A DNA stretch of 64,000 bases from Synechococcus sp. (lineage in GTDB: Bacteria > Cyanobacteriota > Cyanobacteriia > PCC-6307 > Cyanobiaceae): assembly GCA_047285535.1 (NCBI GenBank), contig JBJBDC010000001.1, positions 1,920,136-1,984,135 on the forward strand. Reading direction: 5' to 3'. Below, in pieces: positions 20,747 through 31,169 of this stretch. The first letter of the stretch is position 1; the number at the start of each line of letters is the position of its first letter. The notes below the pieces were generated by a model. It did not search any database. It had not been told where the DNA came from and saw only the letters and a list, made by a program, of their open reading frames with translations. Made by a program: the position numbers and the translations under genes.

Positions 20747-21748
20747 ATGGGTGAGCAGACATTTGAAATCCCAGCTTTTGAACCGCAATGCGGAGGCACC
20801 ATCAACCTCAAGCTCGCCTACCGGGTGTATGGCGAACTCAGTGCGACAAAAGACAACCTGATCGTTTTTCCCACCCACTACGGGGGCCGTTCGGACGACG
20901 TTGCATTCCTCATTGGCGAGGAGATGGCTCTCGATCCTAGGAAATACTGCATCGTCGTCCCCAATCTGTTTGGAAACGGGGTGTCATCCTCGCCGAGCAA
21001 TACCCCTGCCCCCTTTGCTGCTAAGACGTTCCCGACGCTCACCTACTACGACAACGTCGTCTGCCAACGACGGATGATCGAGGCTGTTTTCGGGGTGAAG
21101 CGTATACGCCTCGTCGTAGGGTTCTCCATGGGTGCGATGCAAGCCTACGAATGGGCAACACAGGCCCACAATTTGGTTCAACGCTTCGCGGCAATTTGCG
21201 GTAGCGCTCGTACCTATGAACACAACCAGCTGTTCCTCGATTCCGTTTGTGCTGCGCTAACTGCCGACTCCGCCTATCGCGATGGAACGTACACGTCTCC
21301 TCCCACGAGAGGTCTTGAAGCATTCAGCGTCGCCTATGCCGCCTGGTTTGCCTCTCAACAGTTCTACAGCGAGCAGATCTATCGAGCCGCTGGGTTCGAG
21401 CGGATGCAAGACGTCGTCGACCTTGCGAAGTCGGTATTTATGGCTCAAGACGCGAATGACCTTCTCGCCATGGCGGCAACCTGGCGTGCTGGGGACCCCA
21501 GCGCCAATCCGGTCTATAACGGCGACTTCGAGAAGGCGCTTCGCTCGATCACCGCACGCGGGCTCGTGATGCCCTGTGTGAGCGATCTCTACTTTCGAGT
21601 TTCCGATAACAAGCGCGAAGTGGACTTACTCCGCAACGCTGAGCTCGCTCCCATCCAGTCAGATTACGGACACCTAGCCGGGGCGGGGCTCGACCCCTCA
21701 GCAGTCATGTTCATCAATGGCAAGCTCTCCGAGCTGCTGGCGTCTTGA
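20747..21748 (+). CDS. Homoserine acetyltransferase-like alpha/beta hydrolase
   Basis: LAY..YG.L, GNG.SSSPSN, GFSMG, SDLYF and GHLAG motifs. Confidence 0.85.
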   Translation: MGEQTFEIPAFEPQCGGTINLKLAYRVYGELSATKDNLIVFPTHYGGRSDDVAFLIGEEMALDPRKYCIVVPNLFGNGVSSSPSNTPAPFAAKTFPTLTYYDNVVCQRRMIEAVFGVKRIRLVVGFSMGAMQAYEWATQAHNLVQRFAAICGSARTYEHNQLFLDSVCAALTADSAYRDGTYTSPPTRGLEAFSVAYAAWFASQQFYSEQIYRAAGFERMQDVVDLAKSVFMAQDANDLLAMAATWRAGDPSANPVYNGDFEKALRSITARGLVMPCVSDLYFRVSDNKREVDLLRNAELAPIQSDYGHLAGAGLDPSAVMFINGKLSELLAS

Positions 21749-21796
21749 ACACGGCACGGACCATCGAACCTTGGGCCATCACCATCAGATCCAACA

Positions 21797-22474
21797 ATGC
21801 GCTCCCATTACTTGAAGCATGTCCCGTTTGAAGGCCTGGGAAGTATTGAGCACTGGTTCCAAAGCAAGGGTTACGCCATATCAAGACCGAATGGTTTCAT
21901 TCGCAGCTTCTCCCTGCCCTTGAAGACGTTGATCTACTTGTTGTGGTGGGTGAGCGGATGTCAGTTAACGATGAAACAGACCATCCATGGCATGCCAAAG
22001 AGAAGGAATTCATCAGACGTGCCATTGAGGCCGGGAAGCCCGTTCTTGGAATTTGTTTGGGTGCTCAACTCATTGCTGATGCGAAGGGAGCCATCGTTGT
22101 CTCCAATTCAACAAAAGAAATTGGCTGGTTTCCTGTTGAATCCGTTTCTTCAGACCATGCGTCTGTCTTTCAATTTCCAGACGTCACAGAAGTCTTCCAT
22201 TGGCATGGCGGAACCTTTGACCTGCCTGAAGGAGCTGCTCAAATCGCCAGAAGCAAGGGTTGTGAAAATCAGACTTTTCCACTCGGCAGCAATGTGATTT
22301 TGGCTTGCAATTCCACTTGGAAACAACCCCGAAATCTACAACAGCGATTGTCGACCATTGCAGAGAGGAACGCGTGTAAGAGAAATAGATCCAATCAGAA
22401 GCGGTGATCCTTTCTGCTCCCGAAGCACGCTATTCGCCCATCAACGCTTTAATGGCAAACATCCTTGGCCATAA
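21797..22474 (+). pseudogene. Type 1 glutamine amidotransferase, frameshifted
   Basis: HVPFEGLGSI, LGICLGAQL and FHWHG motifs are split across frames. Confidence 0.8.
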
Positions 22475-22520
22475 ATGCAGAAGTCAGAGCTAAGATCAGA
22501 ACCCTCAAAAGCATGCAGCT

Positions 22521-23285
22521 TTGCCGAACAAAATCAAGGTATTCGACAGTCATTTTCATATCATCGATTCTCGTTTTCCACTAATACGGAACAATGGCTA
22601 TTTACCCGGGGAATTCACTCATCAAGACTACAAAAAACGACTATCAACATTCGACCTTGTTGGCGGAACAATCGTTTCTGGATCGTTTCAGGGCTTTGAC
22701 CAAGGCTATCTTTTGTCGGCCTTGAAATCATTTGGTCCTGGATATGCTGGGGTCACTCAATTGCCACATCACACACCAGACAGCACAATCATTGAGCTTC
22801 ATTCGGCAGGAGTGAGAGCACTACGATTCAACCTTTATCGCGGAGGATCTGCAAGCCTTGCTGTGATGATTGCAATGGCAAAACGAGTTCATGAACTCGT
22901 AAAATGGCATATCGAGTTATATCTAGATTCCACAGACCTTGAGGAGATATCCACGGCATTAATGTCGCTACCTGCCGTCTGCATTGATCACCTAGGCATG
23001 AAAAAAGAAGGTTTTCACCATCTCCTGAAGCTTGTAGAACAAGGCCATAAAGTGAAGGCCACTGGATTTGGCCGCATCGATTTCAGCCCATCTGAAGCAA
23101 TCAAAACATTGTATCGAGCCAACCCAGATTCATTACTGTTTGGCACTGATTTACCATCAACAAGAGCAGCAAAACCCTTCCAAATCAGCGATGTGAATAT
23201 CATTCTCAATTCCCTTGGCCGTGAAGCTTCAAACAAAGTATTGAAAGATAATGCGATTGCGTTTTACAAACTAAAAGTTGGCTAA
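22521..23285 (+). CDS. Amidohydrolase_2 family protein (lactonase-like)
   Basis: DSHFH, GVRALRFN, IDHLG and FGTDLP motifs. Confidence 0.85.
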   Translation: MPNKIKVFDSHFHIIDSRFPLIRNNGYLPGEFTHQDYKKRLSTFDLVGGTIVSGSFQGFDQGYLLSALKSFGPGYAGVTQLPHHTPDSTIIELHSAGVRALRFNLYRGGSASLAVMIAMAKRVHELVKWHIELYLDSTDLEEISTALMSLPAVCIDHLGMKKEGFHHLLKLVEQGHKVKATGFGRIDFSPSEAIKTLYRANPDSLLFGTDLPSTRAAKPFQISDVNIILNSLGREASNKVLKDNAIAFYKLKVG

Positions 23286-23299
23286 CTGGTGCAAGAACG

Positions 23300-23376
23300 C
23301 GCTAATAAAAAAGCTAAATCCGACCGCCCAAAATGCCGACGGCACTTTGGGCGGCGGCTGTGACTTGCCATTAGAC
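23300..23376 (+). mobile_element. attC-like site with variant cores
   Basis: CGCTAAT...ccgcccaaaatgcc/ggcactttgggcgg...ATTAGAC, just after the stop codon. Confidence 0.6.
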
Positions 23377-23479
23377 AATGCTCTTTTCCCATGTAGGATG
23401 CATAATTAACACACAGCTTCTATCCTTCTACACAGCTTGCCTTCACAAATAATAGCTATGATCATGCATAAAGCATTTC

Positions 23480-24043
23480 ATGGTAGATCCCAACGATAGA
23501 GCATCTGAAGCTCCTATCTCCGTGATCGTTGATAGGAATGTGTTACCAGGAAAGACAAAAGAATTCGAAGAGTACGTACAAAAGATTATTGAAGCCTCAA
23601 GTCGCTTTCCAGGGTATATTGGAACTGACGTCATTAATCCTGATAGAGAAAATAGATATATTGTAGTTTTTCGTTTTGCGTCAAAAGAACAACTTGAGAC
23701 TTGGACCTCATCACAAGAGAGAGCTTACTGGATTCATAAAATCGATCGAGTGATAGAACAACCTACCAAGCTAGTTTCTCTTACGGGCCTAGAAACTTGG
23801 TTTGTCCTATCCAAATCCAATAGATTTTATCCACCCCCGAAGCACAAAATGGCAGTTGTTGTGTATCTGGCAATCTCTTTAACTTTAACTGTTTTTGATT
23901 TCTTCTTTGGTGGCTACTTTGCCTCAATACCCATTCCACTGAAATTTTGGGCGACCAGCCCATTTATTGTTATCATAATGACCTATCTATCCATGCCAAT
24001 CCTGACGAAAGCGTTTAAAAAATTCCTATTTTACCAAAGCTAA
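23480..24043 (+). CDS. ABM-domain protein with two C-terminal TM helices
   Basis: FPGYIG, VVFRF..E.L..W..S.ER, GLETWF, PPKHKMA and MTY..MP motifs. Confidence 0.85.
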   Translation: MVDPNDRASEAPISVIVDRNVLPGKTKEFEEYVQKIIEASSRFPGYIGTDVINPDRENRYIVVFRFASKEQLETWTSSQERAYWIHKIDRVIEQPTKLVSLTGLETWFVLSKSNRFYPPPKHKMAVVVYLAISLTLTVFDFFFGGYFASIPIPLKFWATSPFIVIIMTYLSMPILTKAFKKFLFYQS

Positions 24044-24104
24044 TGTTCGCTTAAGAAAAAATATGGATTGTTGCGGCTACAGAATTGCTGGTCGTATTTC
24101 TACG

Positions 24105-24180
24105 ATTTAATACAGTGGGCCGGGGCAATCTCTGGCTTTGATCGAAAGATTTGAGCCGCTACTGGCCTCAGATGTTAGGC
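24105..24180 (+). mobile_element. Degenerate attC-like site
   Basis: ATTTAAT..ggcc..aatct/agatt..ggcc..GTTAGGC. Confidence 0.45.
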
Positions 24181-24394
24181 ATGGTTTGACGGTTTGATGT
24201 TGCCTGAGCCAGGGAATTGGACTCTGCAAAACAGAGCGTTTCAAGAATGCAAGCCCAGGACATTGCCAACCCCTGGGTGAACCCGGGCCTGCATTAATCA
24301 CATCCTGCATCGCCCTTGAATTCAATCCACAAGCCAGCTTGCGGCTGCCCAAAGTTTTGGCTACCGAAAGCTTGTCAGCTTGCAGCATTCGCCT

Positions 24395-25990
24395 ATGGCC
24401 GAAGTGATGTTGCTAACGCTGCTGGTCGCCCTGCCCCTCACCCTGGCGCTATCGGCCCTGATTGCCTGGCGCTACAGGAACACCGTGCGCAAGCTGATGC
24501 GGCTTGCCCCATCCCCAAACGACAGCGACAGCCCAGTTGTAGTCAAATCGGAGCTGGAAGCCCTAGCCATGGCGCCGGCCGATCGACCAGTGCGGCTGTC
24601 AGCATCGCTGTCTGCAAGAGAACGGCAGCTGAACCTGAGCCTTGCTCTCTGCAGTGTGCTGATTAGCACCACCGGGGCCTGGCTTTATCTCCTGGTGCAT
24701 CAGCAGGAGATCGGTGGCATCACCCCCCTACGACTGCTGCTGGTGAGCCTGGTGTGGTGCAGCCCGGGGCTGGTGCTCCAGGCCTTGGTGCTGCGCTGGC
24801 CCCTGTCGCGACAGTTGCCCGTGCTGCTGGGCTGGGGCACTGCCCTGGTACTGCTGCTGGCGGCGATGAGCTCCGGGGGCTTCTCTGTCGCATCCCTGAG
24901 CTTCGTAGTCGTGCACATCCTGCTGCCGCTAGTGGTGCTTGGGCTGCTCTTTGGTGTGCCGGTTCTGCGAGCCATCGCCCCCTATCTATTTCCTGTGGTG
25001 GCCGCTCTCTGCCTAGCGGTGAACGCGGCCTTCGATGCCCTGGCAGCGCTGGTGGAGCAAGAATCAGCCTGGATCGGCTCTGTGTTGCCGGTCAGCGGCG
25101 CAATGGGGCTGATCCTGCTCGTGGCGCTGGTGGCCTTGTTGGCGACCTGCCTACCTGCCCATTCTCTGGTCAAGGTGCTGGGCGGGCTCTACCGCCGCCA
25201 GGTCTTCTCTGATCTCTCCTATCTGTTTGGTGCCAGCTGGCTGCTGGTGTTGACTCTGGAACTGATACCGACCATCAGAGCAGCCGGAGCAGGCCTGGCT
25301 TCCCTTCTGCCATTGCTGGCTTGGCTGTGGATTCCCCTGCTATTCCGCTGGCTGCCACGGCTGATGCCGCCGCCGCCCCCCTCCTGCAGGCCCCCGCGAC
25401 TGCTGGTGTTGCGGGTATTCCGGCGAGGCGGGCCGATGGCCTGGCTCTTCGACCATGTGGTGCAGCGCTGGCGCTTGATCGGACCGGTACTGTTGATCAC
25501 CGCCGCCGACCTGGCCTCGCGAACCATTGAGCCCCACGAGTTGGTGGCCTTCGTGGAGGGCCGCTTGCACAATCGCTACATCAGCACTGCGACCCAGCTC
25601 CAGACTCAGCTGGACCAGATCCAGGACCAACCCGATCACGATGGTCGCTGGCGTGTGCATGAATTCTGTTGCTACGCCAACAGCTGGAAACAAAGCCTGG
25701 ATGCTCTGTTGAGTCGATCCGATGTGGTTCTGATGGATCTTCGCGGATTTAGCAGCCGCAATGCCGGCTGCCGCCATGAGTTGCGCCGTATCGGCCAGAG
25801 CAACCATCTACGAGCTGCTGTGCTGTTAATGGATCGCCACACCGATCAAACTGCGGCCCAGGAAGCGCTTGGTGCCCAACCTGCCGCTGCCATCACCTGG
25901 CAACCAGCCGAGCAGCGACGCATCCCCGCGAGTACTGCCGTGCTTGAGCCGCTGCTGCAGCCCTTCCAATCGCCATCGAGACATCTCTAA
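24395..25990 (+). CDS. Multi-pass membrane protein with a C-terminal TIR/deoxyribosyltransferase-like alpha/beta domain
   Basis: About 9 hydrophobic segments, then LLVLRVF...SDVVLMDLRGFS..NAGC.HEL. Confidence 0.7.
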   Translation: MAEVMLLTLLVALPLTLALSALIAWRYRNTVRKLMRLAPSPNDSDSPVVVKSELEALAMAPADRPVRLSASLSARERQLNLSLALCSVLISTTGAWLYLLVHQQEIGGITPLRLLLVSLVWCSPGLVLQALVLRWPLSRQLPVLLGWGTALVLLLAAMSSGGFSVASLSFVVVHILLPLVVLGLLFGVPVLRAIAPYLFPVVAALCLAVNAAFDALAALVEQESAWIGSVLPVSGAMGLILLVALVALLATCLPAHSLVKVLGGLYRRQVFSDLSYLFGASWLLVLTLELIPTIRAAGAGLASLLPLLAWLWIPLLFRWLPRLMPPPPPSCRPPRLLVLRVFRRGGPMAWLFDHVVQRWRLIGPVLLITAADLASRTIEPHELVAFVEGRLHNRYISTATQLQTQLDQIQDQPDHDGRWRVHEFCCYANSWKQSLDALLSRSDVVLMDLRGFSSRNAGCRHELRRIGQSNHLRAAVLLMDRHTDQTAAQEALGAQPAAAITWQPAEQRRIPASTAVLEPLLQPFQSPSRHL

Positions 25991-25997
25991 ACCCACC

Positions 25998-26462
25998 ATG
26001 ACCATGTTGGATTCCGACGCCTATCTGCACGACCGCCTCAACCAGCAACTGTCCTGGCTCAGCAAGGCCAGCCGCGGCAACAAAAGAAACTTTCTTCAGT
26101 TGCGAATCCTTGAGGTGCTGCTGGGCATCGGCATCACGATCTTCAGCCCTTTCGCAATGCAATGGGGCTGGAGGGGGGCACTGGTGCTGTCGCTAGCGGG
26201 AGGTGGCATCGCCGTGTGCGGTTCTCTGCTGGCGTTGAATCATCATCAAGAAAACTGGCTGCGCTACCGCGGCCTGGCCGAAGCGCTCAAGCGCCAAAAA
26301 TATCTCTTTCTGACAGGAACCTGCCCCTATGACGACGCCTCCACAGCGTTCCCGCGCCTGGTGTCGACCTGCGAATCTCTACTGAGTGTTGAAAACAACC
26401 AGTGGAGCCAGGAGATGAGCAAGCTGTCTGAGGCGAAGGTCGCCGGAACACGGAACAGCTGA
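25998..26462 (+). CDS. DUF4231 (SLATT-related) 2-TM protein
   Basis: Y...RL..Q..W....., two TM helices, ENWLRYR..AE.LK..K.LFL...PY and E.LL..EN..W. Confidence 0.85.
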   Translation: MTMLDSDAYLHDRLNQQLSWLSKASRGNKRNFLQLRILEVLLGIGITIFSPFAMQWGWRGALVLSLAGGGIAVCGSLLALNHHQENWLRYRGLAEALKRQKYLFLTGTCPYDDASTAFPRLVSTCESLLSVENNQWSQEMSKLSEAKVAGTRNS

Positions 26463-26709
26463 ACCCAAACAACGACAAAACACTTGAAGGCCTGAGACCG
26501 TGGTACCGAGTCTCCCAGCACCCCTCACCTTCGGAGGCGTTGAAGTGATTCCAGAAGGAGTGGACGCAGGTGAGAGTCTCACTTCGGCGATCAGTGCCAC
26601 TGATCAATGACACTGAGGAAGATCCACTCAAACAACAACCACTGCCATGCACCACAATGGCTGGAGTCATTCAAAAGCCTTTCTTCATTCAAGAAGCGAT
26701 AAAGAGATT

Positions 26710-26796
26710 GTCCAACTACAGCTTGCACCCGACCCGGCATCAAGTTGAGGTATGCCGCTGAAGTTGCATGCGGAAGTGGGGAGATGAGTTTTAGGC
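26710..26796 (+). mobile_element. Degenerate attC-like site (87 bp)
   Basis: GTCCAAC-tacagcttgcacccgac...cggcat/atgccg...TTTAGGC. Confidence 0.5.
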
Positions 26797-26891
26797 ATAC
26801 ATAATCTCAAACTAAAATACATCAACTTGAGTAAACTTAGAGCTGGCCAAACCCTAATAGAGCGGAGATCAATTCAGCTAAGAACAACATC

Positions 26892-28058
26892 ATGACGCAC
26901 TCATCAGCCCACGCGGCCCCTTTGGATATAGCAATTATCGGTGCAGGGCCCGGCGGACTCAGTGCAGCTCACGCATTGGCAAACCGAGGTTTTTCTGTAG
27001 GCATTTTTGACCGAGCCCAAATTCTGCGCCCGATTGGAGCAGCTCTTGGACTTGCCGAACAGGGATATGCTGCTCTCAATGCAATTAGTCCTGATCTTTC
27101 TAAGCAAGTTCAGTCCAAAGCCATCAATCCCAGACAACAACTTCTCATGCGGCCAAATAGTGAGGTCTTGTTCGCAGATGAATCGCCGATGGCAGGGACA
27201 AGTTTCACCTGGCTGGGATGGTTTAATTTGCAAGCTTGTCTTTGTGAAGCTCTTCCCAACTCAGTTCAGTTAAACCTTAACCACAGTCTTACCGAATTCA
27301 TTTCTGATCGACTTGACACACCCATCTGTCTCAAATTTCGGGATCAAGCTGACCAATTTGCTCGAATTTTGATAGGAGCCGATGGCTATCGCTCAGTGGT
27401 CAGAAACAAAACAGTTGGAGATGGTCCTCCTGTGTACACAGGCACGATGACTTGGCGAGGCACTCTGCCCAGAGAAAAACTAGTTCCTCTTGAAGAACCT
27501 TTCATCGAAGGAGCTGGTTTTCAGCTGGTTGTAGGAGAACAAAAGAATTTTTGGATAATGGATGCTGGTGCCAATCAAATAGCCTGGGGTGGCACTGCAC
27601 CTCAAGCCAGCTCAGAGAAAAGTGAATCTGCTGTCAATACTGCACTTCATGTCTTTGAGGATTGGCCTGCCATTGTGCAAAAGATGATTCTTACGACAGA
27701 TCCTTTAAGCATCATTGAGACAGGTGTATTCGATCGAAAACCCGTGTCTCAATGGGGAGATGGTCAACGCATAACCCTTTTAGGTGATGCTGCCCATCCG
27801 ATTCGTCCATCCTTGGGTCTAGGAACAACTCTCGCTTTACAAGATGCAGTGACTCTTGCCGAAGTGCTTGAGGCAATAACACCTACAGACATTCCATCTG
27901 TTTCAGCTGCTCTCTCGCGGTACGAACAAAAGAGAATTGAGATCACAACACCCTTGCAGAAAAAAGCCTCTGAACAGGGGTTAGCGTCCCATGCTGACGA
28001 TCAAGCGGATCGGCTAAAAATAGGTTTTGAGGCCGCTTTAGCGAGTCGAAAAAAATAA
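26892..28058 (+). CDS. FAD-dependent monooxygenase
   Basis: GAGPGGL, IGADGYRSVVR and LLGDAAHP...G.G....LQDA motifs. Confidence 0.92.
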   Translation: MTHSSAHAAPLDIAIIGAGPGGLSAAHALANRGFSVGIFDRAQILRPIGAALGLAEQGYAALNAISPDLSKQVQSKAINPRQQLLMRPNSEVLFADESPMAGTSFTWLGWFNLQACLCEALPNSVQLNLNHSLTEFISDRLDTPICLKFRDQADQFARILIGADGYRSVVRNKTVGDGPPVYTGTMTWRGTLPREKLVPLEEPFIEGAGFQLVVGEQKNFWIMDAGANQIAWGGTAPQASSEKSESAVNTALHVFEDWPAIVQKMILTTDPLSIIETGVFDRKPVSQWGDGQRITLLGDAAHPIRPSLGLGTTLALQDAVTLAEVLEAITPTDIPSVSAALSRYEQKRIEITTPLQKKASEQGLASHADDQADRLKIGFEAALASRKK

Positions 28059-28109
28059 TTGCCTCTTCCCTTTGATTCCTAAGCCAGTGTTCCTGCGCCA
28101 AACCGCGAA

Positions 28110-28196
28110 GTCCACCAATCCGTTGCAGCGCACTGGCAAAAGAACTCTTGTTGTTGCTCCAGAGTTACAAACAGAAGATGAAAGCAATCGTTAGGC
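28110..28196 (+). mobile_element. Degenerate attC-like site (87 bp)
   Basis: GTCCACC-aatccgttgcagcg...aactct/agagtt...gcaatcGTTAGGC. Confidence 0.5.
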
Positions 28197-28223
28197 GTGT
28201 TGGTAATAGCCAATTCCCGATCA

Positions 28224-28442
28224 ATCAAACATCCGACATGCTGAAGCTCGCTTTATCGCCATAGACCCGGCTGAAGCTTGGGTTAACGGACCGATGAACC
28301 ATGTCTAAATTGGAGCAGGATCTTGTTGAGCCATGCGCCCACAGTGATCAAACAGGTGCCAGGCCCCGCAGAACTACGCGGTTCACAGGTGCAGCCGCAT
28401 GTGCGGCATCGCAATCAGAACCACCCATACAATTCAGAAGGC
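28224..28442 (+). repeat. Repeat family copy 2 (putative attI platform)
   Basis: atcaaacatc..tgaagctcgctttatcgccatagacccggctgaa is near-identical to 31785-31836; ends atcagaaccacccatacaattcAGAAGGC. Confidence 0.75.
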
Positions 28443-28458
28443 AACTGCTATCAACATC

Positions 28459-29100
28459 ATGCATCAAATCTTGATCTATTCGGACAGCTTAACCTGGGGA
28501 ATTATCCCAGATTCCAGAGAACGTTTATCATTTGAAAAGCGATGGCCTGGTGTTTTTGAACATTCACTGATTGAGGCCGGAAAAAATGTCAGGGTTATAG
28601 AAAACTGTCTTAATGGTCGTAGAACAGTATGGAGTGATCCCTTCAAGGAAGGGCGAGATGGCTCGCAAGGACTCGCTCAAGTCATAGAAATGATGTCACC
28701 ACTGAAGCTGGTGATTTTGATGTTGGGCTCAAATGATTTTCAATGTACGCACAACAACAATGCTTGGTTATCTGCACAAGGAACAGCCAAACTGATCCAA
28801 ATCGTTCGCCAAGCACCTATAGAGCCCGTTATGCCCGTGCCCGACATCATGGTCGTCGCTCCACCAGCGATCATTCAGCCCAAAGGAGTGATTGCCAGCA
28901 AATTCGAGGGGGCAGAAAAACGGTGTGCAGGGTTGGCAAATGAACTCAAGAAAGTGGCTAATGAACACTCAGCGCATTATTTCAATGCAGGAAATGTCAC
29001 CAAAGCCAGCGCTATCGATGGCATCCATTTAGATGAAAATCAACATCAATTATTGGGTAAAGCCCTGGCAGATGCAGTCTCTGAAAGTTTAGCCTTCTAA
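28459..29100 (+). CDS. SGNH/GDSL hydrolase
   Basis: SDSLTWG, LNGRRT, MLGSND and DGIH motifs. Confidence 0.92.
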   Translation: MHQILIYSDSLTWGIIPDSRERLSFEKRWPGVFEHSLIEAGKNVRVIENCLNGRRTVWSDPFKEGRDGSQGLAQVIEMMSPLKLVILMLGSNDFQCTHNNNAWLSAQGTAKLIQIVRQAPIEPVMPVPDIMVVAPPAIIQPKGVIASKFEGAEKRCAGLANELKKVANEHSAHYFNAGNVTKASAIDGIHLDENQHQLLGKALADAVSESLAF

Positions 29101-29149
29101 TAAGTGGCTAATGCGTACGATGCACTTCGCCGCAAGCCGAGCATTATCC
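29095..29149 (+). mobile_element. Short attC-like site overlapping the stop codon
   Basis: TTCTAAT-aagtggctaatgc...gcaagccgagc-ATTATCC. Confidence 0.6.
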
Positions 29150-29184
29150 GCCCAGATTAAATTCACTCAGATGGAACTCGACGC

Positions 29185-29577
29185 ATGTCTGACACCATCA
29201 TTGACCACTTTTTTCAATGTGTAGTTGATGGCGACACTGACGGCGCCATCAAGCTCACGACGGATGACGTCACGTTTGAAGTGCAAGGACCCGCAAGTGT
29301 TCCCATTTACGGCAAATTTCATGGCCATGATGGTGCTCGCAAGTTCTTTGCAACGCTCCGCGAGTTGTTGGACTCGGAAGCTTTTGCAGTTCACTCAACG
29401 CTTGCAAACGACCAAATAGCGTTTGGGTACGGAACCATGCAGCACCGCGTGAAACAAACAGGTCGGCTATTCCAATCCGAATGGGCTCTGTATTGCGTTC
29501 TCTTCGATGGAAAAATATCTCACTATCGGATTTTTGAGGACACTGCCGCTTTGGCAGCCGCTTACGTCAACCATTGA
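29185..29577 (+). CDS. NTF2/SnoaL-like protein
   Basis: DDV...GP..VP..G.FHG and GKI..YRIFEDT motifs. Confidence 0.8.
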   Translation: MSDTIIDHFFQCVVDGDTDGAIKLTTDDVTFEVQGPASVPIYGKFHGHDGARKFFATLRELLDSEAFAVHSTLANDQIAFGYGTMQHRVKQTGRLFQSEWALYCVLFDGKISHYRIFEDTAALAAAYVNH

Positions 29578-29776
29578 GAGTGGTCGTTCAGCAAGCCCTA
29601 AGACATCAGCCCGGCAGACTGCTCTCATCCAAGCGAGCATGCGGTCGTTTCAAAGGGACAAGTTGGAACGTCATGCAAGCTTTAAGGATTGAGCTCCGAT
29701 CGTCAGCTCCCTGGTTCTCAGCTTGCAAGCCCAAGGCTTGAAAGCGCAGAACAACCCTTCAGCCAAGAAAGCATCC

Positions 29777-30724
29777 ATGACAAGTTCTGGATCAGAACCA
29801 GTCTCCGGTCAACAAACGGAGAAGACCTTGGATCCAATCGTCCTGGAGCGATGTCGCGATCTGGTGGGATTGCTTTTCCCATGGGACATGAACCGGGCAC
29901 TGGAACTGGCCTTGCTCAAAACCTTTTGCCTGCCATCAATCTCAGGCTTGCTGCAGCAGACCGGTGAGTTTGAACAACGCCCCCGCAAGCGCTACGACGA
30001 CACTGCTCTGATCGTGGCAGAACTGGTACGGCTTGGCCCTGATAGCCCAGGGGGCCGGGCCATCATCCAGCGCCTCAATCGGATTCACTCCACCTACGCC
30101 ATTCGCCAGGAGGATTACACCTACGTGCTCTCCGGTTTCGTCGCCGAACCGATTCACTGGATCGAGAATTACGGCTGGAGAGCTCTGCAACCCATTGAAC
30201 AAGAGGCGTTGGTCTTGTTCTGGGATCATGTGGGCAGTCTGATGAATCTTGAGCAACGCCCATGCAGTTTGCGGGAACTGATGGAGCTCAATCAGCGCGC
30301 CAATCTCAAACTGTTTGCCAGCGCCGAGAGCAACCAGCGTGTTGCAGACGCCACTATCGCCATGCTTCTGGCCCCTTGGCCTGGTCCATTGCACCGATGG
30401 CTCCGTTCCATCATGAGCAGTGTGTTGGAACCAGAAACGCTCAGCAGTCTGAACTGGCCCTCCCCTCCGGCCTGGCAGACCAAAGTCGTGTGGGGAGTGC
30501 TCCACTGCCGCAGCTTCATCCTCTGCACAGTCCTGCGTTTCTGGCCTCCCCAGCGACGACGCTTTTTCTCCGAGCGACCCACGACAAGCTATGGCAAGCA
30601 TTTCAGCCTGGAACAGATCGGCCCTCCATCACTGCTGCAACAGCTGAACAGCTCCAACCTTCGTGATGACTCGAAATACCGAAGAGAGGCTGACAACTCG
30701 CTGAATGACATTGGGAAATCTTGA
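29777..30724 (+). CDS. MpaB/DUF2236 oxygenase family protein
   Basis: PSIS.LL..TGEF...PRKRYDDT and RLNRIH..Y.I..EDY.YVL motifs. Confidence 0.85.
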   Translation: MTSSGSEPVSGQQTEKTLDPIVLERCRDLVGLLFPWDMNRALELALLKTFCLPSISGLLQQTGEFEQRPRKRYDDTALIVAELVRLGPDSPGGRAIIQRLNRIHSTYAIRQEDYTYVLSGFVAEPIHWIENYGWRALQPIEQEALVLFWDHVGSLMNLEQRPCSLRELMELNQRANLKLFASAESNQRVADATIAMLLAPWPGPLHRWLRSIMSSVLEPETLSSLNWPSPPAWQTKVVWGVLHCRSFILCTVLRFWPPQRRRFFSERPTTSYGKHFSLEQIGPPSLLQQLNSSNLRDDSKYRREADNSLNDIGKS

Positions 30725-30977
30725 ACCAAGATGCCACCTTTGTGATGTTGCACTGCTAAAGGTGACCTCCTCGCACTGATCTCAAGAACTTCAACATCAG
30801 CATCGATTGCACTACTTGAGTGAGCAACTCTCTGCCTCCATTATTTTCTTTGAAAGATGTAGCCATTCCTACGCAGAGCCTCTGAAAGCTGGCGATGTTT
30901 CAATCAAAGATCATTTTTGAAAAAAAGTTCTTTAAGGCCGCGCGACAACCTTGCCAGTTAAATCGAAAAGGAATAGG

Positions 30978-31141
30978 TGATCCTCGGCCCCGTGAATCAT
31001 GGCTACGATCGAAACAACCTGGAGCATGAAGCCATGCAGCCAAAGCGATCTCAGAGTTGCTATCCGTGGAGAGCTCCGTGATTTGCAGACGCAGCAAAAT
31101 ATGCCGAGTAGTGATCGGAACCGTCCAATCAATCATTAGGG
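30978..31141 (+). repeat. Repeat family copy 3 (putative attI platform)
   Basis: gtgaatcatggct...agccatgca..aaagcgatc...tatccgtggagagctcc...cagacgc...gtgatcggaaccgtccaatcaatcATTAGGG, 28 bp before an ATG. Confidence 0.75.
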
Positions 31142-31169
31142 CCCACACAACAACCGAGGTCGCATTGCA

